A program made the position numbers and the translations under genes. Positions 11,122 through 22,854 of a stretch of 64,000 nt of DNA are shown one piece after another. The DNA is taken from NCBI GenBank assembly GCA_043228905.1, contig JBHGNT010000004.1:2604001-2668000 (forward strand), written 5' to 3'. How positions within the stretch are numbered: the stretch's first letter is position 1; each line of letters opens with the position of its first letter. The notes beneath the pieces were generated by a model. The model did no database searches and was not told where the DNA came from. It saw only the letters and a list, made by a program, of their open reading frames with translations. Source of the stretch: Azolla caroliniana (Eukaryota > Plantae > Polypodiophyta).

Positions 11122-14100
11122 TCATTCCCCGTCCGTTGGTTCTTCCTCGGTTTCGGATCGTTCGTCGTTCCGGTCCAGGTTAACCGGATTCGGCTTGTCG
11201 TCGTGACGCTTCTTGAACGCTTTGATCCGCTTCCCAGCTACCGGTATCGCCATTCTCGTGCCGTCGAGTTCCGCCAGATGGTACGTCCCGTTGTCGTTGG
11301 CGCTTTGTACCACGTAAGGCCCGAACCACCTTCTTGCGAACTTCTGTGTTGCTCGGTGCTGGTTGTCGAGGCTGCTGTCATAGACTAGCACCCAGTCGCC
11401 TTCCTCGATCTTCTTTGGTCGTAGCCGGTGCGTTCGGTCGAACCGGGCTTTGTTCCTCGTCCTTGCCACCTGAAGCTTTTCTGTAGCCTGCTCCACGTCC
11501 TCCGGTCTTCGCTCGAGCTGCTGTATGCGCGCCGCCAACAGTTCCTCCCGACTCATCTCGTCTCTCCAGTCCACGGTTTCCCACGAGGAGATCGTACGTT
11601 CCATCGGCATGATCGGCTTCTACCCAAACATGAGCTCTGCCGGCATGAATCTGGTTACCGAACTGTGCGTAGTTCGGTCAGCCCACAACGCGTAAGGTAG
11701 CAGCCGCGGCCAGTTCCCGACTTGCCCTCCGCATGCCCGAACTAACGCCTTGACGATCGGTCCGTGTCCGCGCTCCACCTTCCCATTCGCCTCCGGATTG
11801 TACGCAGTGGTAAGCGAGAGCTTGACTCCTAGCCGGTCGAACAGCTCCTCGGCCTCTTCGGCGTCCAACTCCCCGCGATCAGCCACGATCTTCCCGACGC
11901 ACCCGTACCGGCATATCACGTCCTCGATCAGGAACCGACATACGGCCGCGGTCGTTTTGTTCTGAAGGGCTCGGCCTTCCACCTGGTTCGTCAGATCTTC
12001 CCGAGCCAGGACCAGATACCGCATCTGTCCTATGCCCATCGGCATCGTCACCAGATCTACCATCCATTTGAAGTGGATGGTCGGAGGGTACGTAGGGTGA
12101 AGCTCGTCCCGATGTCGGACTATGGAGTGCATCTGACAGCTCTCGCAAGTTGTCACGAACCGATGCACGTCCCGGTACAGTCCCGGCCACCAGTACTTCC
12201 CCTTTATCTTCTCGAACGTGGCCCACGTTCCGCGGTGTCCAGCCCAAGGGCTGTCGTGGTAGGCCGTCAGCAGCTCCTCCTGTTCGTCCTTCATCGCCAC
12301 CACCCGGAGCGGGACGTCGTTCCTCTTCTTCGGGTGCTTCCATAAGTATCCGTCCCGGAGAAAGAATCGGTATGCTTTCTTCCGGATCCGGTTGGCCTCG
12401 TCCCTTGTCCATGACGCATCCGGCGTCATTGTCCTCAAAAACCCACCGATCCGTAGCCACTCGCCGTCGTACTTGCTCTCGTCAAAGCCGTTAAGTGCCG
12501 GAGTGCTCGCCCCATCGGTCGTCACGTACGCCGCCTCGAAGAAGTCCACGCCGACTTCTTCGTCCTCCGAAACCATGCCGCCCTCGTCATCAAACCTTGC
12601 CCTCGAAAGCATGTCGGCCATGGCGTTATCCTTTCCGGAAATGTGTCGTATTTCCGGGTCCAGGGACTTGATGTACGCTATCCACTTGAGCATCGCCAGG
12701 TTCAGTGTCGCGCATCCGGAAACCATGCCGAGAATTGGGAGGCAATCCGTCTCGATAATCACTTTTGTCCCGATCAGGTAGTCTTTGTCGGCCTTTACTG
12801 CCGAAACGATACCCCAGAGTTCGCGTTTAACCTAGGCGTACCCTCGTTGTCGCTCACTGAGGACCTTCGCGATCGGATCGGGAACCGAATGCCGTCCTCG
12901 TCTTCTTGGTTGACGACCCATCCGATCCCGGTCGGACTCGTATCCACCGTTATGTATACCGGGGTATCCTTCTCGTAGATAGCCTTCCGGAGCGCCGGTT
13001 CTGCCGCAAGAGCTTCCTTCAGCTTCCGGACCGACTCCGTGTGCTCGTCTCGCCACTCGAATTTTTGCCCTTTCTTCAGCAACCCGTATAGCGGCTCCGC
13101 AACGTGGGCGTAATGCGGGATCCATATGTGGTAGAACGCGCATGCCCCCAGGAACCTCCGAACTTCCGTAACCGAGCTACAGTCGGTCTTCATCGCGGAG
13201 ATGGCTTCTACTTTTGCCGGATACGGCTTCCGGCCATACGGTCCACACAGGTGCCCGACCATCAGGATTTCTGATTGCCCGAAGGCCGATTTCTCCCCGG
13301 AGAAGGTGATCCTCGCATCCTCTAGCCTTTGTAGTACCTTCTCGCAGTCGTCAATGTGTGTTGCCACGAATCGCCGGCATCCGTCCAGCCCGACTGTCTC
13401 GTCCTTCTCTTCAACCGGGCACCCCTTTATCGGGATGTCGTCCAGAAATGGCATGGTGATGTCCGGGATGCAATCCCTCAGTACCTTGTTCATTGCATTC
13501 ACCATGTGGGCCACTGAGTTGGTCCCTCCTTGTGGCAGGGTGCACATTCGCACTAGGCCAAGGGGAGTTCGCATCGTCGTAATGTCTCTGCTCTCCACGG
13601 CTAGCTGGAACTGGTCGTACCCCGAGTACAGATCACCGACCGAGTAAATCGACCTTCCGGCGAAGGCCTCCGCGAACTCGTCTATGGTCGGTCTGATTCC
13701 TGCGTTCCGAATGGTCACTCTGTTGACCGGCTGCAGGTCTTGAATGAAGCGCAATGTTCCGTTTTTCTTTGGTACGGTAAACCATCGGTTCGAGTATGGG
13801 GCACTACCCGGTTCGAGAATGCCCATATCGACTTTCTTCCTCAATAGCTCCATCAACTTCGGGATGTGAGCTCTCGGTACTGGAATCGGCTTGAGATTCC
13901 ACGGTACATGCGGTACCGTGAATATCACCATCGGCTCCACGATTGTCGGGTCTACACACCCGATCTCTTCCGGTGAGAACGCGAAGGCTTTCCCGTGCCT
14001 TCCGAGCATTCTCCGAAACCGGTCTTCCTCCGCCGGCAGTAGGAACCCGCCCCCGCCGATTTTGAGCTCCCGGAGCGTCCCGTCGGTGAAGGTGTGACCT

Positions 14101-14593
14101 ATGCAGACCGGATCTCGCTGATTCGGGACTCGCTGCCCTCCGTTAAGGGTGCCGCGACTGGCCTTACCTTCCGGTCCATAGTCTTGTACTTCTTGCTAAC
14201 TCGGGCTGTCCGATCCGGCTCGAGCCCCTGACTGAAGTTCGCGATGACTTCATACATATCTTCGGAACATACCGGTATCGTCCGGTCCTCGTTAAGGTCT
14301 TCTCCGGCTACCTTCCTCAGCATTTCCAAGGTGTCGTCGAAGGAGACCGCCTCCACGGCTCCGTTGATTTCCTCGTCCGGGCCGAGAACTCCGCACGCTC
14401 GAAGTCGCTCTTCCGCCCTTGCCTTTTCTCGGCCAACGATGCCGACTATCATACACCCTCCGTTGTTGGAGAAGCAGAAATTTCTACCTATCGTACAAGG
14501 TTTCTTCGGTTTCGGTTCTATCGTACAGCTGTGGGGTCTTTCCCAAGTGTCCGGACTGTCTCGGCCCCACGCCTTGGCAGTCCTCTCTAAAAA
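11122..14593 (-). pseudogene. pol (linker-RT-RNase H-integrase) of gypsy D (disrupted)
   Basis: ORFs 14099-14737, 12795-14009 (RT), 11620-12762 (RNase H end and integrase) and 11122-11610 (GPY C-terminus). Confidence 0.9.
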
Positions 14594-16696
14594 TCGTCCC
14601 GGTTCTCGCCACCGAGGGATTCGCGGTTCCACTCGTGGTTCGGTCGCACCGTCAGAAATTGGACCGAATGGCGCCCGTCCTGGCTTTTGACCCTTGCGTA
14701 GGCCGAACCGTTGTCTAGCACCTTGGTCTCCATCCACGCCGCCGTGATGTATGGTTCCCCTAATATGACCGGGTGCGAGGACGTCTCCTGTACGAAGAAG
14801 TGCTGGTCAATCTCGACGTCGCCAATCTTGACTCGTACATTCGGGAAGGCCCCGTGCAGTTCCTCGGTGGCGCGCGTCACCGCCCGTATCTTCCACCCGT
14901 GCTTGGTGTTGATCGGCCACTTTCCCTTCTTATAGAAGTCCATGGACATCAGGTTTATTTCCGAACCGTGGTCCACCAATGCCACCACCGGTTCCTGAAC
15001 ATCTCTGATCTTTACCGGGGTCTCCGTGGTCGCTTGGGCCCAGTGCGGTTTTGAATAGTGCTCTCCGCCCACTCATCTTCCAGCGTCGTGTCGTCGATGT
15101 GCGTCGTCCGCACCTCCACCGGTCTTTCCGGTTCCGTCTCCGTCGACAGCCTCTTCCGTTTCACCAGGTCCACAATGGAGTCGTGGAACTCCTTCTTAGC
15201 GATCCCTAGCACCTCCCGCAATGACAGCTCCACTTTGCTGTCGAGGATCCGTTCTTCTAGGACCTTTCGTAGGTCCGTAGTCCTTTCTATTTCCGTCCCC
15301 AGTCGGTATCCGCCCTTCCTGGGGTTATCTTGCGAGCTGGACCCACCGGCATCGTTCCGTCGTTGCCCGAATCGGGTCTCGTATCGTTGTGAGGGCTCGG
15401 CCGCTCCGGCTTTCCCCACTCATTTGTCTTCTACCAGAGCCTCGTAGTTCCGGTAGGCGGCTTCTACGAAGCCCGTCTTCTCCTCGACCGGATCACTCCA
15501 CCCGGTTATTTCCCGGACCCGTCTCTCAGCGCGGTCCATTTCATCTTTCCTTAGTCGTGCGCCGGCAAGACCTTCTAGCATTGCCGACCAGAATCCGTCT
15601 TTGCCCTCCTTTCGGGCCTCGCTGCCCCCGACCCGAATGCCGGCCGACGCCGAGTAGTGGATGGCCTCCACGTGTCGGGCCGCTGCCTCTTCCATGAGTC
15701 TCTTCATACCTCCTCGCCCGTCATTCCGGTTCAGGGCCCTTCTGGTATCGCCGGCGTGCACCCGGCCTTCCCATAGGTACACCACCCGGTTCCTCAACGC
15801 CTCTGTGAAATCGCCGCAGTCCTTCCGAATGTGGCCGACTTCGTCGCACCACATGCACCTGTTCCCTGCTGCCGGCCATCGGTCACGAGCCGGTTCGCCG
15901 CCTTCCCTTCGAGTCTGGGCGATCTGGAGATCCTTTATCGCCCGCGTCAACTCCTCCAACGCTGCTCCTCCGGACGAGTCATTGATCATGCCGGTCGGAG
16001 CCGAACCGGTTTCGAGCCACTCCCGGGTCTCTGCCCTTCGCCCTTGTGGTGCCGGTTCAAGCCTCCTTGCTGTGACAGAGCCCACTCCGGTCGCCCCGTT
16101 GTCAGCCCATTCTCGCCGTTTGTCGAAACGGCCACAGACTCTCTTCACCGCAGCCCAGTCGGTCGTCAGCCCTTCTTCGGTTTCTAGCAAGGAGCCGACT
16201 TGATCCCGGTCCCGCTCGTCCACCGACTTGACGAACAGTAGGACCCGGCTCGTATCCAGAACGGTTCGGTCAAGCGCCGAAAGGCGCGCAAAGCGTTCCT
16301 CAAACTCCCGGAGGAGTGCCGACGCGTTTCTTCCCTTGCCGGGGGACTCCACCCATTCCATGAAGTCCAGTTTCGAAAGCCGGAGCGCGTTGTCCAGCCC
16401 GTATTTTTCTAGGAGTCGGCCTTCGAACTCCTCCCAGGTACGGCTCTCCGCCCGTACCTCGAGCACCTCCGCATGGATGCTCGGCATCGCCACTCGACGG
16501 AACCCGGCAAGACGCCTGGCATCAGCATTTCTGCCCCGTAGGACGCCAAATACTTCGTGGCATCCTTTCCGCTGAACCGGCCTATCGTACCGACGACCAC
16601 CTCAATGGCTCTGTCGAGGGCGCCGGTGCCCTCGCGTGCGCTCAATATCCGATCCACGGCCGAAGCCATGGCCTCCGCAAGATCCGACCCCTTCAT
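14587..16696 (-). pseudogene. gag-protease ORF of gypsy D (disrupted)
   Basis: MKGSDLAEAM… start; ORF pieces 15420-16493, 15012-15419 (same frame across one TGA) and 14587-15072 (aspartic protease); ends …ENRDDF-stop. Confidence 0.85.
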
Positions 16697-17857
16697 CTTC
16701 TGCTCTTCTGCCGCCTCCTTCACTTCGGGTTCACCAAGATGTCGAGGTATTCCTCGCGGATGCGTGGAATGAGGCGGGGCCTCGGGGGTCTTGTACCGAA
16801 GAGCAAGAGACAAGGGAGAAGGGAAAGGACCCACTACGTGCGAGCATAGATTCACAGGGACACGGCCCTTCGACACAAAGACGCGAGTGGGACACCGACG
16901 CAGAGAGACACGAATGTAGGTATATATATATAGTAACAAAGACAAACAGCACGAAGCACGAAGTCGGTTACAACCGAACAGGCCGGCGAACAGATGCCGA
17001 TGCCTGTTCGTAATCGCTCAGAAAGAAGGGAGTAGGTTGGAGGTGCTGCCGGAAGCACTCGGGCATTCCTCTGAGCAGCGCGAGCCTCCTGAAAACCTGC
17101 ACAGCAAGAAGCTATGGAGTATGGAAGAGAGAGAAGCCTTCGGCCGACAACCCGACAGCACTTCGTCCCCTCTAACCGCGATCCCTTCCTCCTCCTCGTC
17201 TCCCTCCTTTTATAGGCAAGAAGGGAGCCGTTTCCTATTAACTTCCTACCTACCTAGGATCTTCCATGTCCCTAATTCTCTCTTATGTACAACACAAGGC
17301 GTACGTGCATGAAGAGCCGATTCCTATGCTCCGGCGCACCGATTCCGCTCGTGGACGGTTTTCTTCACGACAACGTAAGCGAGACACCCGAACACCCTCA
17401 GATGCCGGTAAGACACTTCCTTACCGGTCCATACTCTCTGTGGCGTGTCTCCGTCCAAGGGTACTGAGGGTGATCTGTTTATCACATAAGTCGACGTCGA
17501 CAGTGCCTCAACCCAAAACTTCTTGGGTAGTTTTGCATGCGCTAGCATACTCCGAACCCTCTCCATTATGGTCCGGTTCATCCTCTCGGCCAGTCCGTTT
17601 AGTTCCGGCGTCTTCGGCACGGTAAATTCGAGCCGGATTCACTTCGAGCGGCAGTACTCCTCGAACTGCCCCCGGTACTCTCCTCCGTTATCTGCTCGAA
17701 CCGCCTTCAGCTTCCGGCCGGTTTCTCTTTCCACTCTCGCGTGGAGCTCTTTGAAGACGGATAGCACCTGATCCTTCGTCTTCAGTGGTGTGGCCCACAG
17801 CTTCCGGCTGTGGTCATCTATGAACGTCACGAAGTACTGCGCTTCGGCATGTGACTA

Positions 17858-17957
17858 NNNNNNNNNNNNNNNNNNNNNNNNNNNNNNNNNNNNNNNNNNN
17901 NNNNNNNNNNNNNNNNNNNNNNNNNNNNNNNNNNNNNNNNNNNNNNNNNNNNNNNNN
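17858..17957. other. Assembly gap (100 N)
   Basis: Run of exactly 100 N, a typical placeholder for a gap of unknown size; base composition changes abruptly across it. Confidence 0.99.
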
Positions 17958-18785
17958 AAAATGTCTTGTATGAGAGTTGTTGGATCTCCAAGGTACATAA
18001 GAATTACTTAGGAGATGGAGATGCTCAACATTAGCAATAACGTGAATTAGTTTCTCCATTACCCACCTCTTTGGTTGGAAATTCGTATTCCATGTCAACT
18101 GTTGCATCTTCCTCTATGTAGTAGCCACAATGTCATCAATTAGAACACTCGCATGTTGGATGTTTGAGGTCATGCAAGAGTATGTTGTTAGTTGCACCAT
18201 TTTCCATATGATACGGACTCACCATGCCATTACGAACTGCCTATCACAACTGGAGTCAACAATGGGTGTATGAAGATAACTCATGAATATGACCATATTA
18301 TGCATTTTCTGCTAGTGAGAGTAAACGAGCCGTAGTGAAGACCCAAGACTTACGGGATCAAGGAAATGACTTGGTTTTTCGGAGATTATTGGTCGGAATT
18401 TCCATCTATTGTCAGTAACCCATTATAATGCAAAGAAGACGATGGGTCTCAAACTTTATAATTGGTTTGTTCGAGACATAAAAGTTTGTCGAGACAATCT
18501 AGTGCGTGTGGCGGGGCTTTGGGTACCTTGAGGAAATGGACTCATTTTTTTTTTGCTGTGGTATGTATGTAGTGGATTAAGTAAAAGCCCAGCCTCGAGG
18601 GGGGGCCTAATTAGTAATTACATTATGTACATTAAACTTCAGCAATTATATACTTTTCTCTCGGAAACGTCTAACTTACAAAAATCAGAACAATACGGGG
18701 ACCAAAGATAAATAATTCCCCAAAAAACAACAGATTAGGGTTTGTGCGCCTGTCTCCGCTCCTCCTTTTCTTCACCATCGAAGCT

Positions 18786-18800
18786 TCATCATCATCATCA

Positions 18801-18836
<36 letters not shown>
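18786..18836 (+). repeat. (CAT)n(CGT)n microsatellite in the putative 5' UTR of the HVA22-like gene
   Basis: Direct trinucleotide repeats. Confidence 0.9.
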
Positions 18837-18944
18837 TGAAGGAGATTTCAAGAGTTCCTCTTGCAGGATTTCTGAAGTGCTTTCAGTGATTGCTTCTCCT
18901 CTCCTCCGTTACTTTCCCGAGGAGAATTCCTGCTGTTTCACCGG

Positions 18945-21900
18945 ATGGACTTCTTGCTTAGAATTTCGATGTAAGTTCAGAGTGTTTCCTTCTGTAATTT
19001 CTCTTGAATTTCTATGAAAGGTCATAATTTCTTCCTGAATTCCTTAGTCAAAGTCTCCTTTTCGTGCTAAATCTCTCTTTTCCATCGGAAATTTTCATTT
19101 AACATGAACAATTTTCCTTCATCTTATGAAGGCATTATAAAGAGATCGTCAATTTTGAAATGGTGCGGATCCATCTCTCTCATCATTTTTAGCGAATCTA
19201 ATGGACCTATTGCTCAGAATTCCATGTCAGAGCACGGATTTCCATCAATAAATCTACTCATTTTGTGAAGAAACGATAGGGAAAACGTGAATTTGATATG
19301 ATGCTAGTCTTTCTTTCTTTCTTTCGTTCACTCTCTCTCTCTCTCTCTCCCCCCCCCCCCTTCATCTCTCCTTCAGCATTTCAATGTAAAGTAAATGTTT
19401 TCACTCAATGGAAATGATAAGAAACTAGTTTGTGAGGCTTGAAAAGAAACTTTCAATTTTGTGAAGAAATATGTGGAACTGTGATTTTTGAGATGATGGA
19501 AGTCTCGTTCTCATGATTTTGTGTGAGCAGTGCTAACTTTCCTTGCACTGTAATTTAATAAACTAGTTCTTTAGAATTCTATGTAAAATAAATTCGTTTT
19601 CATATAATCTGTTTGCTTTGTCGACAAATGAAAGGAAACCATGAATTCAGGTATTTGTTTGTTGCTCTAATTAAACAACCATAACACATGTTGATTTCTT
19701 ATTTTTTGGTTTCTCAGTATATATTTTGGATACCTTTATCCAGCTTATATGTGCTTCTCAGCACTTAACTCTAGCAAGCTAAAGCTCGAGGAGTTGCGGA
19801 CATGGTGTCGATATTGGTATGAAATAAGTTTCTTCATTTGTATCATGTAATGATGAAGGAAAAGAGAGAATAATTAATAACAGTGTTTTAGAGAATAGGT
19901 TTTATTTTAAAGAGAGAATAATTAATAATAGTGTTTTAAAGAGAGAAAATTGGTTGCTTGTTGTGTAGTGAAGCAAAATGAAAGACTGAGCATGATAGTG
20001 TTCTAATGAATACTTCATTTTATTATGGGAAAGTTGGATGCATGGAGAGGGTAAAAATAAAGGAATAAGAATACGAGTGTTTTAAAGTAGTTAAATTATG
20101 GAAAAGTTGGATCCTTAAGGAGATTGGGTGATAGTTGTTGCATGTGATGCAACATGATGATGGATTATTTCTGCTTGTTGAATATTACGATGTGTTGGAA
20201 GCCTTTATATACAAGGTTGAAGGTTATGCATTTAATCTTATTACACAAATGGAGAACATATCCATGGGACAGAATATCTACACTTGCTATATGACTACGC
20301 AATATGTTATTAGCTTTTTTCATAGAATTTAGACTTCAGTGTCCTCCCAGTATCTTTGCTTGAAATCTCTCAGTAATGACAGTAGTTGAATGATGTATAT
20401 TAATGAAGTCTCACACAGACGGTTGAATTCAAAGCAAGGGTTTTCAAGTAGCCCTTTGCAACTCTTTAGTCCTCTTTCTAGTTCTTCCTACTAACTTTTC
20501 TTTATATGTTAAGTAAGGTAACCATTCCATCTAACTCTTGTTTTCATACTAGACATCTAAACAGAATGTGTAATCACTAATATACCGATACATCTATATC
20601 TTGCATTTCAACCTTTTGAGAAAAACATCTGTATTATGAAGAAGAACTGCCTTTCTCAGATTTATTTAGAACTCTAATCACAATATTTATCGAGCACTTT
20701 GAGTGTTGGTGGTACATTTCTGAGCATCATCAGTCAAGTATTCTGATTCTTTTGATGTGCTTCATAGACAACTACCTCGTGAAAGCTAATCCTTTGAGCA
20801 AAAAAGTCATGTCTATATCATGAGAAAGAGCTGTCTTCCTCATACTCATTTAGCGCAAATCTTAATATTCATTTTATTGCATCTGTTTTTTTAATTTGAT
20901 CCCTGCATGTTAGATTAAGACATAAGTTTTGATGATTAGTTGTGATTCATTTTATCTCTCTCTCAATTATATGCCAATGGAATAGCCCAAAGTGGAATAT
21001 TTACAAGCATCAATTGTGTTTCTCTCTCTAACTATACTCCAATGGCATAGCCTGAAGTCCTGAAGTCTCCCACAGAACTTCTAGTTATTCCTTCTCGAAG
21101 TGATTTAATATTGTCTCACCTCCAACATTGATATGCCAATTTTGGAACTGAAATTTGAACCTCTAAGGTTGAATTACCATGTTTTGAAAATGCAGAAAAG
21201 AACTCAAGCAAGAGGATAGTTAGAAATCCAGTGTGGCCTGGACATGGTAGAAAAAACAAATAAATCAGGAAGGACGTCCTTGATTATATAGATGGTTTGA
21301 GCATTTGAAGCGGAATTAATACGTTTTGGAAAATTTAAGAAAAAGAACCACTTTTTTTATTCAAGGAAGATGTTAGAAATACGATGTGCATTATATCCAG
21401 GCATAGAGTGTAGAAAACAATAAAATCAGGAAGGACATGTTCATTTAAACAAGAGTTTGTCTGTAAAGTTTTAATACATAAATTCATCACCCACAAGTTG
21501 AATGCAAGATAAACCTGATGGGAGTGATCCAGATATCATTGATGTTCAAGTTTCTGTTTGAATGAGGTGTGTCCTGATAAACATGTACAAATAATGGAAT
21601 TCTAGAGTTATTGTTTGATCACTTTATTTAATATTATGATGGGGTGTAATTTGTAGGATAATAATGGCAGTTTTTACTGGAGTTGAGAGAGTGGCAGACA
21701 TATTCATATCATGGTATTTATCCATCAAGATTGTGTGAAAGGGAGAAAGTTTTGAACTTCCACTAATCTTTGCACTGCTGCATATGCAGGGTACCATTCT
21801 ATAGTGGAAGTAAACTTGCATTTATAGTTTATCTATGGCACCCAGATACAAAGGTATGATTAACCACAAATATAGTATAGAATCATTAAACTAAAACGTG

Positions 21901-22854
21901 GATGAGGCAAATGTCTGGATGTGTTAAAAAAATTATATGTTGTGGTGGATTCTTGATTATTTTTTCTGAGCTTTTTCTTTACACTAGCGCAAAGTATTTT
22001 CTTATTTTCTTTAAAAATGTTTCCAATTTTTTCAAATTGATACATTATCATTGTTCTCAGGGTACAGACTATATCTATGAAACATTCATGGAGCCGTTCT
22101 TCTATAAGCATTCACAATCAGTGGATCAGGACTGGGTTCATTTTAGGAATCAAGTGGTGGATATATCAAAATCTCTGTGTAACAAGGCATTGTTTGCCAT
22201 GCAGTTGAAGCTGACTGAAGTAATACGTGAACATGCTGTGACTCGTCATCCTGTGGTAAGCATTGTTTTCAGCTTGTAGCTTTACAATGTTCGAACTGGG
22301 AACCTCGAAGTGTAGGATTTTAGAATTCATTCTTTGCTGAGTGAAATTATGAAGAACCTCTTTATATTGTTGAATTCTCTTTTTATTCATGTCAGGTCCA
22401 ATCACCAGTTTCAAGTTCTTCATACAGAGCAAAAACGTCTCCAGGGTATATTTCAAGTTCCCAAGCATTGGTGAGAAATCTAACCCGTTCTCGTCAGTTA
22501 CAACCACAACCACAACCACAACCTCCAGGTTATCATCAGTCATTGCCGGAAACCACAAAATCACTTATTTTAAGTCACCAACCAACACAAGGGGGCTTAG
22601 CATCAGCATTGGTAATTCCAAAGGGTGAACAACTATTTCCAACGGTGACTCCAAAAGATACTATTGCTGATGACAATAAATACGAAACTGATTTTGAGAT
22701 ACTTGATTCTTCTGATATTCCATTATCTACATCAAATTCTACCGAGTCCACGGCTGCTAAGGTTGAGACACATGTGCCTGTGGATTTGAACAAAACAAAT
22801 ATCCATGCATCAGGATTTAGGTTCCCCTGGTGGAAGCACCAACATCAAGATTAG
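18945..22854 (+). CDS. HVA22: HVA22-like / TB2-DP1 (REEP) family protein, 6 exons, about 299 aa
   Basis: Exons 18945-18970, 19718-19816, 21657-21713, 21790-21853, 22061-22255 and 22396-22854, all GT-AG and phase-consistent. Translation MDFLLRISIIYFGYLYPAYMCF…LRTWCRYWIIMAVFTGVERVADIFISWVPFYSGSKLAFIVYLWHPDTKGTDYIYETFMEPF matches the HVA22 domain, followed by a low-complexity tail. Confidence 0.9.

Larger units (their letters stand above)
10416..17372 (-). mobile_element. Full-length, decayed non-chromovirus Ty3/gypsy element D (6957 bp; Phygy/Selgy-like by inference)
   Basis: 633-bp LTRs at 16740-17372 and 10416-11048 with about 15 substitutions counted by eye. 4-bp TSD ACGT (10412-10415, 17373-17376). 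tRNA-Trp-type PBS at 16719-16736. PPT GGTTAGGTGGGGGCGGA next to 11048. Order gag (CMWCDEVGHIRKDC), protease (LVDHGSEIN), RT (FLDD), RNase H, integrase (HHCC, GPY); no chromodomain. Several stops and frameshifts. Confidence 0.95.
8505..17857 (-). mobile_element. Decayed Ty1/copia element B (integrase, RT, truncated RNase H, probable 3' LTR remnant about 8505-8620), interrupted by gypsy D and truncated by the gap
   Basis: ORFs 17639-17830 and 17324-17620 (integrase, ADNGGEY, AERMNRT), 10165-10415 (KLDPKTRPCIFLGY) and 8860-10041 (RT, YVDDML); RNase H to WMKDFIGELG. The reading FGCLAY|VHVAKDRR is restored when gypsy D and one ACGT are removed. The element starts with TG at 8505 inside the gypsy C protease. 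Confidence 0.88.

Noticed and set aside
11119-11130. CTTCATTCCCC resembling the 3' part of miR166
   Set aside because: Only a short partial match at the integrase stop, with no hairpin.
15661-16203. Plus-strand ORFs antisense to gypsy gag/pol (also 7498-8034, 13201-13647)
   Set aside because: These are shadow ORFs expected in GC-rich coding DNA and have no recognisable motifs.
17790-18107. ORFs spanning the N run
   Set aside because: They are artefacts of the assembly gap.
18742-19017. ORF with a poly-His/poly-Arg run
   Set aside because: It is a translation of a microsatellite; the spliced HVA22 frame starts at 18945.
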